The notes below the pieces were generated by a model. That model did not search any database. It saw only the letters and a program-made list of their open reading frames with translations, and had not been told where the DNA came from. From the IMG/VR virus record IMGVR_UViG_3300032236_000879, positions 19,247 to 83,246 of that record: a stretch of 64,000 nt of DNA; one strand, given 5' to 3'. This DNA is from a virus. Of this stretch, positions 1 to 8,662 are shown piece by piece. Position numbers and translations under genes: made by a program. The first letter of the stretch is position 1, and each line of letters opens with the position of its first letter.

Positions 1-1867
1 TGATCGGGAAGTACAAGTTCTCCCAGACATCACGGAAAGCGAATGACAAGCCTAGGATAAGCCTATTGCGTTCGCCACGGGACAGATTGTCAAAGTCAAG
101 CTCACGGCCGAGTTCAGTGATTTCAACTGAGAGGTCATTCATGAACACAACCGTGTGAGGTAGACCGATCTTGTCAAGATAGTGCGTCAGTCGTGCGTTC
201 AGATATGACAGGTTTTGGTCGATGATCTTCTTACGAACAAAGCTATCCTTGCTTGTTAACAAGTCAAGCAGGAACTTCAAGTGATCGCCTAGCTTCGATA
301 GCTCATTGATCTTTTCAAAATTAACTTCTTGAAGTGCGTTTGCTTCCATGTCACTGATCTGATCCACATAAGGATCGACTTCAGCTACCTTCGTCTCAAT
401 CTGCTTGACTAAGCCGGCTACCACGCTGCGATGTTCAATCGCTTCTGCTTCCGTATCATAATGTGTTGCAGGCGGAGGGCCTAAGACTTCATTGGTACAT
501 GCTTCATCGATCTGTTCAGCATATGGATCAGTTTCTGCCATTTTAGTATTGATCTGATTTTGAATGTTCTCAAGTTCAGACTCATGCTTGATAGCTTCTG
601 CTTCAGTCTTGTAGTGCGTGACAGGAACCAAACCCAAATCAAATATAGAATTTTTATTTTTTTCTAACTCAGTTTGGGTTTGGGTAAGCTCATCATGTGC
701 AGCAGTAAGAAGTTCACGTTTACTGCTTACAACGGCAGTATGATTTTCATCATGAAAGTCTTGACCGCAAGCATAACACTTGTTTTCTTCAAGTGTCTTG
801 ATCTCACTTTCTAGCTTTGTGACGAGTGCCTTATCCTTCTTGAGCGTTGCTTCCAAAGAAGCAATCGTCTTGTTCAGCGAAGCAAGCTCAATCTTATTGG
901 CGTTATAAACCTTAAGATTAGAGTGAGCCTGTAACTCAGCAGCGATATCAATCGTCTTGATGTTATCATAGCTAGCCTGCAGGACTGCAACATCTGCATC
1001 TCGTTTTTGCATCCATGCAGTCTGCCTAGCAATAAGCGCATTGCATGTATCTTGCTTCTTCTTCTTTTCATTATAGATTGCTAGATCAGCATGAGCCTTT
1101 AGTTCTGCGGTGATGTCGATCTTGCTTAGTTCGTCAAAGTCACTCACAAGATTGTTGAGGTCTTCGCTGTGCTTTGCATTCCATAGTCGCTGGCGCCTGC
1201 GCAGATTCTCAATCTGTTCTTCGACTCGCTTGTTAGCTTCCTGAATAGTCTTGACCTTGAACTGCTCTTGTTCAATGGTATCTTTGTTAGACTTCATTTT
1301 GGTCTTGATCGCTTCTGCTTTCTCTGAAAGCAGGGTGATACCGAGAAGCTGTTCAATGATCTTGCGCTGCTCACCGGCACCCAATGAAAGGAAAGGTTCA
1401 GTATAGGTGTTCAATGCTACGATATGCTTGAACATATCATGAGTCATTCCTAGAGTACGCTCAATTTCTTTTTGCGTGTCCTTGTTCTCGCCTTGAGCAG
1501 TGTCTTTGTCTTCTTGTTGCTCTACACCGTTGACATAAAACTTCAGGATGTTTGGTCTACGACCACGTTCGATCTTATAGTCAACCCCCTTAGAACTATA
1601 TTCAAGCGTGATCATCATACCCTTTCCGTTGGTACGATTGATCAGATTGTCTTTTCGAATCTTGTTTATGGGTAGGTCAAATAACGCATAGGATAATGCT
1701 TGCATGAGTGAAGTTTTGCCGGTTCCATTACGAGATCCGGCTCCACCCAAATCTAGATTCTCACCTAGAATAAGAGTAAGTTCTTTGTTATCAAAGTTTA
1801 CAGCTTGTGTCACTGCCCCAATAGAAAGGAAATTACGTAAGGTTATATTCTTGATTACAATACTCAT
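1..1867 (-). CDS. gp46: Rad50/SbcC-like recombination endonuclease ATPase subunit (T4 gp46-like); 3' end runs off the window
   Basis: Not in ORF track (no stop inside the window). Manual translation from ATG 1867: MSIVIKNITLRNFLSIG...GSRNGTGKTS (Walker A), zinc hook CYACGQ near 770, ABC signature LSRGE near 80. ATGA overlap with gp47. Confidence 0.95.
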   Translation of the reverse strand, partial: MSIVIKNITLRNFLSIGAVTQAVNFDNKELTLILGENLDLGGAGSRNGTGKTSLMQALSYALFDLPINKIRKDNLINRTNGKGMMITLEYSSKGVDYKIERGRRPNILKFYVNGVEQQEDKDTAQGENKDTQKEIERTLGMTHDMFKHIVALNTYTEPFLSLGAGEQRKIIEQLLGITLLSEKAEAIKTKMKSNKDTIEQEQFKVKTIQEANKRVEEQIENLRRRQRLWNAKHSEDLNNLVSDFDELSKIDITAELKAHADLAIYNEKKKKQDTCNALIARQTAWMQKRDADVAVLQASYDNIKTIDIAAELQAHSNLKVYNANKIELASLNKTIASLEATLKKDKALVTKLESEIKTLEENKCYACGQDFHDENHTAVVSSKRELLTAAHDELTQTQTELEKNKNSIFDLGLVPVTHYKTEAEAIKHESELENIQNQINTKMAETDPYAEQIDEACTNEVLGPPPATHYDTEAEAIEHRSVVAGLVKQIETKVAEVDPYVDQISDMEANALQEVNFEKINELSKLGDHLKFLLDLLTSKDSFVRKKIIDQNLSYLNARLTHYLDKIGLPHTVVFMNDLSVEITELGRELDFDNLSRGERNRLILGLSFAFRDVWENLYFPI

Positions 1868-2880
1868 AGGTTGCGATAAATCTCTAACAGTAGCTTAGGA
1901 TCATAGAAATCACTTTCAATCTTTGTGATTTGATCAATGACGATTTGGTCAACACTTTCAAAGCTGACTTCACCGGGAGCGAGGTCTTGGGAATGTTCAG
2001 TATTCTTGATAGGAATCAGTGACATTTCTCGTAGTTTATATTGTGGAATGAGGGTTTCACGAATGAAGGTTGCTTCCTCATATGAGATATCGATATCAAG
2101 ATGAACACGAACACATGATTTAGGAAGCAGAAGCCCGTCAGGATTATCTAGAACCTCACTCAACTTATAGACACGAAACAGCGGTTGACCTGACCACGAA
2201 TAAAATTCAGGGTCACTGCCCCATTCTAGGATCATCATTCCTCGGGCATCATCACCTGCATCTGCGTAGTTATGCGGAAACGCATTCCCGATATACCAAA
2301 TGTTCTTCTTGCACTGGCGCTTGTGGAAATGCCCAGAGAACACCCATTCAAAACCTGCGACATACTCTGAATTGATTTCTCCATGATCAGGCATCTCTAC
2401 CATCGCATTCATATAGAAGTGTGGCAACTCTAGATGGGCAAATAGATACTTACCCTTCATCTTTAGTAGCTTCTTATAGTCCTCACCGACTAACCAAGGA
2501 GCAATGACTACATCATCTTGCATGAACCAATCATTCACGATTGTGACATTAGGTAGATGTGTTGCCCATTCTACTGAGTGAATGTCCCTGCGATCACGAT
2601 AGTAAAGATCATGATTGCCAGGAATGAAATATACATGATCAAATGCAGAATTTAGTTTCTCTAAAGCACGAAGACCGAACTGAAGGGTGTGCATATTGAT
2701 GCTCGCTCTATGGTGATTGTAATCACCTAGAAAGAAACAAGTCTCACACCCTTCAGCTTTAGCTTTACTGATAAACCAATCTACGAAATCAAGACAATCT
2801 TGGTTGTGCTGTAAACTGTTACTCTTTAGTCCGAAATGAATGTCTGTAAAGACAGCCGCTTTTTTGAATAGTTGTGCCAT
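1864..2880 (-). CDS. gp47: Mre11/SbcD-like metallophosphoesterase nuclease subunit (T4 gp47-like)
   Basis: Motifs TDIHFG, FLGD, PGNHD, FAH, SGHFH; adjacent to gp46. Confidence 0.95.
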   Translation of the reverse strand: MAQLFKKAAVFTDIHFGLKSNSLQHNQDCLDFVDWFISKAKAEGCETCFFLGDYNHHRASINMHTLQFGLRALEKLNSAFDHVYFIPGNHDLYYRDRRDIHSVEWATHLPNVTIVNDWFMQDDVVIAPWLVGEDYKKLLKMKGKYLFAHLELPHFYMNAMVEMPDHGEINSEYVAGFEWVFSGHFHKRQCKKNIWYIGNAFPHNYADAGDDARGMMILEWGSDPEFYSWSGQPLFRVYKLSEVLDNPDGLLLPKSCVRVHLDIDISYEEATFIRETLIPQYKLREMSLIPIKNTEHSQDLAPGEVSFESVDQIVIDQITKIESDFYDPKLLLEIYRNL

Positions 2881-2886
2881 ACTTAT

Positions 2887-2915
2887 ACTATATTGTCCTT
2901 GATTGTAAATTGCAA
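2887..2915 (-). promoter_or_regulatory. sigma70-type promoter for gp47-gp46
   Basis: Minus strand TTGCAA-17 nt-TATAGT, ending 6 nt before the gp47 ATG. Confidence 0.6.
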
Positions 2916-2929
2916 TCGGTTAGGTTACC

Positions 2930-3814
2930 TTAGTCTAGCTGCATTTTTGTATCACGCATTTGTCTCGTGAATGAAGGATTCAATCCATTCATCTCAAGGA
3001 TATCATCGCGGATATTCTGATTCCTCTTTTCAGTGTTAAGAACACGGCAGAAGCTATTAGTAATGGCTGCGGTATAATAAGCAAAAGGATTAGAAGATTT
3101 AGCTTCATTGAATCGAAGCCCGACGTAAGTTAATTGAAGGATAGCCGAATTGCGCATCTCATCGTTGTACGTGTATCCACGCCAGTTGAACTTCATTGCA
3201 TACTTCTCACACAGCATCATATACATGCGAGCTAGCTTGTTCGTGATTTTTCCGTGGTCCTTAGAGAAATGTCCGTTCTCAATGCCGCCTACCCAGTGAG
3301 ACTTACCGATACATCGCATTGTGTTGGTTTCGTCTAACTTGAAATGCTGGAAGGGAGGAAAATTAACCTTAATGTGGACCATATCATCTACGTCGTTCCG
3401 GGTGGTCTTATCTTCTAAATCTGAAAAATCTTCACTGTCGTCTTCATCAAACATGATGATATCTTTGGCAGTTTTTTTCTTAGTTGATTTTCTAGGTTGC
3501 TTCTGTGCTACAGGGATGTGATCCCAAGTCATGACCCTGAATATGAGATCAGTGACTGGGATATCTTCTGCTGAAATCTTCTCATTTAATTCTTGTGATA
3601 ATCTAACTGCTCGCACCTCTTTGGCTGATTGTACTTGTTCTGGCTTCAGTGCGTATTCTAAACTAGTTTCCACTGGAGAATCCGGCATGTCGATAATCAA
3701 GTCATAGCGATGATATTCCGGAAGTGTGAAGTAGCAGTATGAGTTTTTGCTTGTGTGTATTTCTTTTAATATGTCTTTGTTGTTTAGATAATTGATAGGT
3801 CTCTTAGAAGTCAT
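2930..3814 (-). CDS. gp55: Late-transcription sigma factor (T4 gp55-like)
   Basis: NYLNNKDILKEI at the N-terminus; FNWRGYTYNDEM and NPFAYYT motifs; T4-like gene order 55-47-46. Confidence 0.85.
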   Translation of the reverse strand: MTSKRPINYLNNKDILKEIHTSKNSYCYFTLPEYHRYDLIIDMPDSPVETSLEYALKPEQVQSAKEVRAVRLSQELNEKISAEDIPVTDLIFRVMTWDHIPVAQKQPRKSTKKKTAKDIIMFDEDDSEDFSDLEDKTTRNDVDDMVHIKVNFPPFQHFKLDETNTMRCIGKSHWVGGIENGHFSKDHGKITNKLARMYMMLCEKYAMKFNWRGYTYNDEMRNSAILQLTYVGLRFNEAKSSNPFAYYTAAITNSFCRVLNTEKRNQNIRDDILEMNGLNPSFTRQMRDTKMQLD

Positions 3815-3843
3815 TAGTACTGGTTTTCCTTTATAGTAACACT

Positions 3844-3872
3844 ATTGTACTAGTACTGTTGTATAAATGCAA
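3844..3872 (-). promoter_or_regulatory. sigma70-type promoter for gp55
   Basis: Minus strand TTGCAT-17 nt-TACAAT upstream of ATG 3814. Confidence 0.6.
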
Positions 3873-3905
3873 CAGTATTGGGTAAAAATTGGGGTTTTTC
3901 TGAGC

Positions 3906-3913
3906 GATAAATA
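3906..3913 (+). promoter_or_regulatory. T4-like late promoter GATAAATA
   Basis: Variant of T4 TATAAATA upstream of the first structural gene; motif recurs before many late genes. Confidence 0.7.
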
Positions 3914-3946
3914 CAATGTAGAGAAATATATTTATCAGAGGGAAAT

Positions 3947-5512
3947 ATGGTTGAACCAGTAACGTTTAATGCTAGCGGCGGCGGCACAATTGTTGCTACA
4001 CAAGATCCAAACACCGGACAGCCTACCTATGTTCTCAAGTTACCGAGCGGTACTGTATTAGGACCTATATCGCAATCTGATTTTAGTAGTGGTAATAAAG
4101 GTTTTAGTGATTCATTAAGTGGTAGAGGCGGCAATGTAGCAAGTTTATCATTAGGAAATTTTACTGCGTCTGATATCACTGTTCCTGCTGACATAGATTT
4201 TTTGCAAGGTTTGTATATCAATAATCAAAATATTGCAGCACAAGCACAACAAGACTTTCAAACACAAGATACTACTGCATCTAATACTACTGCGGCAGAC
4301 ACTCCGACTGCAACTGCACCTGCTGTAGCACCAGTAGTAGAAACTTCTACACCTGCAAATACAACAGACCCGTCAGTATTTCTTAATGCTGCTAGTGCTG
4401 CCGGTATTGCTAACACACCGCTTCCTAATAATACTACTATAATACCTGCACAGAGTGATCCTATAGTAGCAACCGGTTTAAATACTGATACTGTGCAAAA
4501 TTCTACACCTGAAGTAGTTGCAGTCATCGCCCCCACAGCAATCACACCAGTAACAGCAGAAACTATAAAAACACCTCCGTTAACTGATGCACAGATATTA
4601 GATATTGCTCCTCCTGTATTACCGGATGTTGGAACTGTTGCACCTTCTGCTACAGGTGGATCACAGGGTATTACTGGTGCTAAAAAATCTGCACAAAAAT
4701 CTGCGACTCAACAAGATCAAGCTAATGCAAATGCAAAAAATGACTGGAGAGTTAGACTTGCGTTAGCTCCAGGTGCAAATTATTTGTACAAAGCAGCGAC
4801 TGAAGGAACGTTATTATACCCCCTTAATAAGACAGATGGTGTGATATTTCCATATACACCTACTGTAAGTGTGGCATACGCAGCAACATATGATGCGCAG
4901 TCACTCACCCATAGTAATTATAAAGTCTATCAATACCAAAGTAGCAGTGTTGATTCGGTTACGATATCCGGAGATTTCACCTGCCAGGACGTGTTCGAAG
5001 CAAACTATTTAATGGCAGTGATTCACTTTTTTAGATCAGCGACAAAAATGTTTTATGGACAAGATAGTAATCCTAAAAACGGAACTCCTCCTCCGTTATG
5101 TTATATTTATGGATTAGGGGCATTTCAATTTGATGGTCTTCCTTTAGCAATTACCGCTTTTACATATAGTTTGCCGGCAGATGTGGATTATATTCCTACA
5201 ACAGGTGCAGCTCCTGCAGGAGTTTCTCAAACCTCAACTCCAAATAGAAACAATACATCTAATAGTTCACTTCTTTCAGGATCAGGAAGAATGATAGGTT
5301 TACGGGTTGGGGCAGGCGGAACACCCGCTCTTCCCGTTTATCCTACAACTACTTCTTCTATCAACCAAACTACTTCATGGGTACCTACAAAAATTCAGCT
5401 TTCTGTAACATGCGTCCCTGTTGTAAGTAGAAATGCAGTATCCAATAAGTTTAGCCTAAGAGATTATGCTACTGGCAACTTACTTAACCGAACAAACGGA
5501 GGATTTTGGTAA
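3947..5512 (+). CDS. Putative baseplate tail-tube initiator (gp48/gp54-like) with Thr/Ala/Pro-rich N-terminal half
   Basis: C-terminal DWRVRL...GVIFPYTP...THSNY...GTPPP domain with tube-protein character; first gene of the baseplate cluster. Confidence 0.55.
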   Translation: MVEPVTFNASGGGTIVATQDPNTGQPTYVLKLPSGTVLGPISQSDFSSGNKGFSDSLSGRGGNVASLSLGNFTASDITVPADIDFLQGLYINNQNIAAQAQQDFQTQDTTASNTTAADTPTATAPAVAPVVETSTPANTTDPSVFLNAASAAGIANTPLPNNTTIIPAQSDPIVATGLNTDTVQNSTPEVVAVIAPTAITPVTAETIKTPPLTDAQILDIAPPVLPDVGTVAPSATGGSQGITGAKKSAQKSATQQDQANANAKNDWRVRLALAPGANYLYKAATEGTLLYPLNKTDGVIFPYTPTVSVAYAATYDAQSLTHSNYKVYQYQSSSVDSVTISGDFTCQDVFEANYLMAVIHFFRSATKMFYGQDSNPKNGTPPPLCYIYGLGAFQFDGLPLAITAFTYSLPADVDYIPTTGAAPAGVSQTSTPNRNNTSNSSLLSGSGRMIGLRVGAGGTPALPVYPTTTSSINQTTSWVPTKIQLSVTCVPVVSRNAVSNKFSLRDYATGNLLNRTNGGFW

Positions 5513-5829
5513 TGTCGGGCAATCAAAGTTTATACCCTGCTACTAGTCCATATAATAGTACGAACGTGGCTAACAATTTATTTTTAGATGTTATGTTGTA
5601 TCGTCCTATACCTATGTATCCTAGTGATGTATATATGGTTCTAACTTCGGTGTATGAGTATAGACCTGATCTATTAGCATACGACTTATATGGTGATGCA
5701 AAACTTTGGTGGGTATTTGCTGCACGAAATCCAAACAGATTAGGACCTAATCCTTACTTTAATTTTACTGCTGGTACAGGGATATACATACCTAATATAG
5801 ATACATTGAGGACGGTATTAGGAATATAA
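5512..5829 (+). CDS. gp53: Baseplate wedge protein, LysM-like (T4 gp53-like)
   Basis: YEYRPDLLAYDLYGDAKLWWVFA..N motif. ATG 5512 overlaps the upstream stop and follows GGAGG, so preferred over TTG 5506. Confidence 0.8.
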   Translation: MSGNQSLYPATSPYNSTNVANNLFLDVMLYRPIPMYPSDVYMVLTSVYEYRPDLLAYDLYGDAKLWWVFAARNPNRLGPNPYFNFTAGTGIYIPNIDTLRTVLGI

Positions 5830-5830
5830 G

Positions 5831-8656
5831 ATGAGTGTAAATTCTTCTGTAACTGTAGGCGGATATACTATAAAATATTCAGCAGCTAGTAATGGTTATG
5901 TAACAATAACAATATTTTCAAATTCAACTTCAAAAACTGTAGCAATAACTCAAGGTGCTGATGTTAATACTGTAATTTCTACAGCGGTCAACCAAATACA
6001 AAGAGATGTTAAGACTGGCAGTGTAACTTCAGTAGATGCAGACACTTTAACAAGTTACTTAAATTCATCAGGTGTAACTGATCTTAATAACCTAGTAAGT
6101 CAGGCAGCTCCGACAGCACCGCCTCCAACTCCGCCGCCCCCGACCACACCTGCTACAACGCCAACGACTACCCCTCTCCCTCCGCAACCGCCACCGTCAA
6201 GTGCAAACACATTGACTGGACCGGCAAATAGTGATAGCGGATCTATTCAAAAATCTTCTTCCGGAACTACTCCGAAATCTCCTGCTGCTGTTGCTGGCGC
6301 AGGCGGAGCTACTCCAAATAGCGTGAGTGGATCTTCTACTGCTCCTAGTAAACCACAAAGTGCTTCTAGTTCTAAATTGCCTACTACTCCAAATGGGTAT
6401 CAATTTCAAGCAAGCATTGCTAGCACTCAACAAGTAGCACAATATTCTGCCCCTGGAAAACGACTAAAAAATCCATTAGGAGAGTTTCCAACATACACAT
6501 ATCAACTTAGCTTGTATATGATCACCCCTGATGCATATGAAGCATTTGTTACTAGTGGTAGAACAAAGATCGATATTTTTAATGATCTCACTAAAGGAAC
6601 CGGTGCCGGTGGAGCATTCCTTATTGCACAAAGCGGAGGGATCAACAATACTACTACAAAAAGAATGCCGGGCTTTGAATTTGATTATGGCATTGATAAT
6701 TTAGAAATCAGACAAGCGATTAATGCTAAAGCTACGCAGGATGCTAATACCATTTCTGCAATTGATTTAAATTTCCAAATATCAGAACCTTATGGATTTT
6801 CTTTGATTCAAAAACTCAAAAAAGCAAATGACTTGATTTCTGCTTATTCCGGCGGCCCCCAAAACACACCGGAGAATGGAACTAGACAATTCTTTATCTT
6901 AGGTATTAGATTTTTTGGGTACAATACAAACGGTATTCCTGCCAAACCTACTGATAAAATGTCTTATAATGGAAATGCAGCCAATCAACCCAATGTAGAT
7001 GGAATGATCGATCCTTTAGCACAGAATGGAGTATTGTTCGAACACTTTTATGATATAGTTATAAAAACTTTTACATTTAAACTTGATGGAAGAATGATAG
7101 TCTATAACATAGAAGCAGCTAATGCAGGCACTCAAGCAGGATTTTCAATAAAGCGTGGAACTATTAAAGAAAACACCCCTATTACCGCAAGTACTGTGGC
7201 AGAGATGTTAGATAAATTAATAGTTAAAATTAATAATGATCAGAAACTATTAGCTGATCAGAAGAAAATACAATATCCTAATACATGTGAAATTGTTTGG
7301 ATGCCGGGAACACAACCTATAATTGATGCTACCATGGTATCAGATGCTGATAAGGATAAATCTAAATCGCCCGGAAGCGGAGCTACCTCTACGAAAGATG
7401 TTACGGTTGCAAATGAAGTTTCTCATCAGACTGCTAGTGTGGGTGTTGCTCAGACTATAAACTTTCCTTACGGTATGAATATTATGGCAGCAATAAATCA
7501 GGTAATTGCTCAAAGCTCATATATCAATGATGCATTAAAGGTAATTTATACAACAGCACTAGAATCATCGTCTGCAACTAAATCACCGGCTGAACAAAAA
7601 AATCCACAGCCTAAAAATGTTAGTTGGTTTAGCTGCTATGCACAAATAAAAACTATAAAATGGGATAGCATAGTGAATGATTGGGCATATGAGATGCAAT
7701 ATATAATTCAAAAATATGAAACGCCTGTTGTAGATAGTGCTTATGTTTTTTCAGGAAAATCATATCCAGGTGCCCATAAGCGATATGAATATTGGTATAC
7801 CGGAAAAAATTCAGAAATTCTTCATTATGAACAAACATATGATAACCTATTTTTTAATGTAGCAGTAGCTCCTGACGAAGGTAACGGCGGCGCAAAACCT
7901 TCAGGTAGCAGCGGTGCCCCAACACCAACTAGTGGCACTACAAAAAACACAGCAATTGTTCCTGGATTATTTACTTCACAACCGCGTTTAGGAAAAACAG
8001 GGGACGGCATGGAAGCTACTAACAATTATACTACGTCATTGTATGATCCGAATTCGTATTCTCAAGTGCGTATGAGTGTTTTAGGAGACCCAGATTATCT
8101 CATGCAAGAACCATCATTTAGTGAACAAGTTGTATATGACAAAGTATATGGAACCAATGGATTTAATATTAATCCGGGCGGTGGCCAAATCTTTGTTGAA
8201 GTAGATTTCAAAGAAGCAATAGATTATGAAAATCAATTTGGTACATTAAGTATAAATGAGTCTATAAACTTTCTTAAATATCCACCTGAGATTGCTGAAA
8301 AGATAAAAGGAATTGCATTCATACTCACTGATGTCAGTAGTAAATTTAGAGGAGGGTCTTTTACTCAAGATTTAACTTTAATTCTACCTCCTTTTGCTAA
8401 TGCAAGTGCATCTAGTAGCTCAGTTGATAGTGGTAGGCCTCCGACAAATGTTACGCCTAATAATGCAAATAATGGGTCACCGCCCGGAAACACCACTCAG
8501 TCATCCGGTAGTACAGGGACAAAGGCTGACCCTACCTTTAATTCAAGTAATCCTACTACTGTAGCAACAAATACTAATAACCAGACTCCTGCACAAGGTA
8601 CTACTCCTACAGGGGCCAATGCCCAACCGGTAGCAAATGATGATTCACATGGATAA
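5831..8656 (+). CDS. Putative baseplate hub protein (gp27/VgrG N-terminal-like) with Pro/Thr/Ser-rich flanks
   Basis: Located between gp53 and gp5; VLGDPDYL and F.GG.FTQ.L motifs near the C-terminus. Confidence 0.55.
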   Translation: MSVNSSVTVGGYTIKYSAASNGYVTITIFSNSTSKTVAITQGADVNTVISTAVNQIQRDVKTGSVTSVDADTLTSYLNSSGVTDLNNLVSQAAPTAPPPTPPPPTTPATTPTTTPLPPQPPPSSANTLTGPANSDSGSIQKSSSGTTPKSPAAVAGAGGATPNSVSGSSTAPSKPQSASSSKLPTTPNGYQFQASIASTQQVAQYSAPGKRLKNPLGEFPTYTYQLSLYMITPDAYEAFVTSGRTKIDIFNDLTKGTGAGGAFLIAQSGGINNTTTKRMPGFEFDYGIDNLEIRQAINAKATQDANTISAIDLNFQISEPYGFSLIQKLKKANDLISAYSGGPQNTPENGTRQFFILGIRFFGYNTNGIPAKPTDKMSYNGNAANQPNVDGMIDPLAQNGVLFEHFYDIVIKTFTFKLDGRMIVYNIEAANAGTQAGFSIKRGTIKENTPITASTVAEMLDKLIVKINNDQKLLADQKKIQYPNTCEIVWMPGTQPIIDATMVSDADKDKSKSPGSGATSTKDVTVANEVSHQTASVGVAQTINFPYGMNIMAAINQVIAQSSYINDALKVIYTTALESSSATKSPAEQKNPQPKNVSWFSCYAQIKTIKWDSIVNDWAYEMQYIIQKYETPVVDSAYVFSGKSYPGAHKRYEYWYTGKNSEILHYEQTYDNLFFNVAVAPDEGNGGAKPSGSSGAPTPTSGTTKNTAIVPGLFTSQPRLGKTGDGMEATNNYTTSLYDPNSYSQVRMSVLGDPDYLMQEPSFSEQVVYDKVYGTNGFNINPGGGQIFVEVDFKEAIDYENQFGTLSINESINFLKYPPEIAEKIKGIAFILTDVSSKFRGGSFTQDLTLILPPFANASASSSSVDSGRPPTNVTPNNANNGSPPGNTTQSSGSTGTKADPTFNSSNPTTVATNTNNQTPAQGTTPTGANAQPVANDDSHG

Positions 8657-8662
8657 TATAAT

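Noticed and set aside
874-1898. Short ORFs 874-1071, 1472-1675 and 1704-1898
   Set aside because: They lie within or opposite the open gp46 frame that the ORF track missed.
3854-3877. LexA (SOS) box reading of the palindrome
   Set aside because: CTGT and ACAG are 12 nt apart rather than 8.
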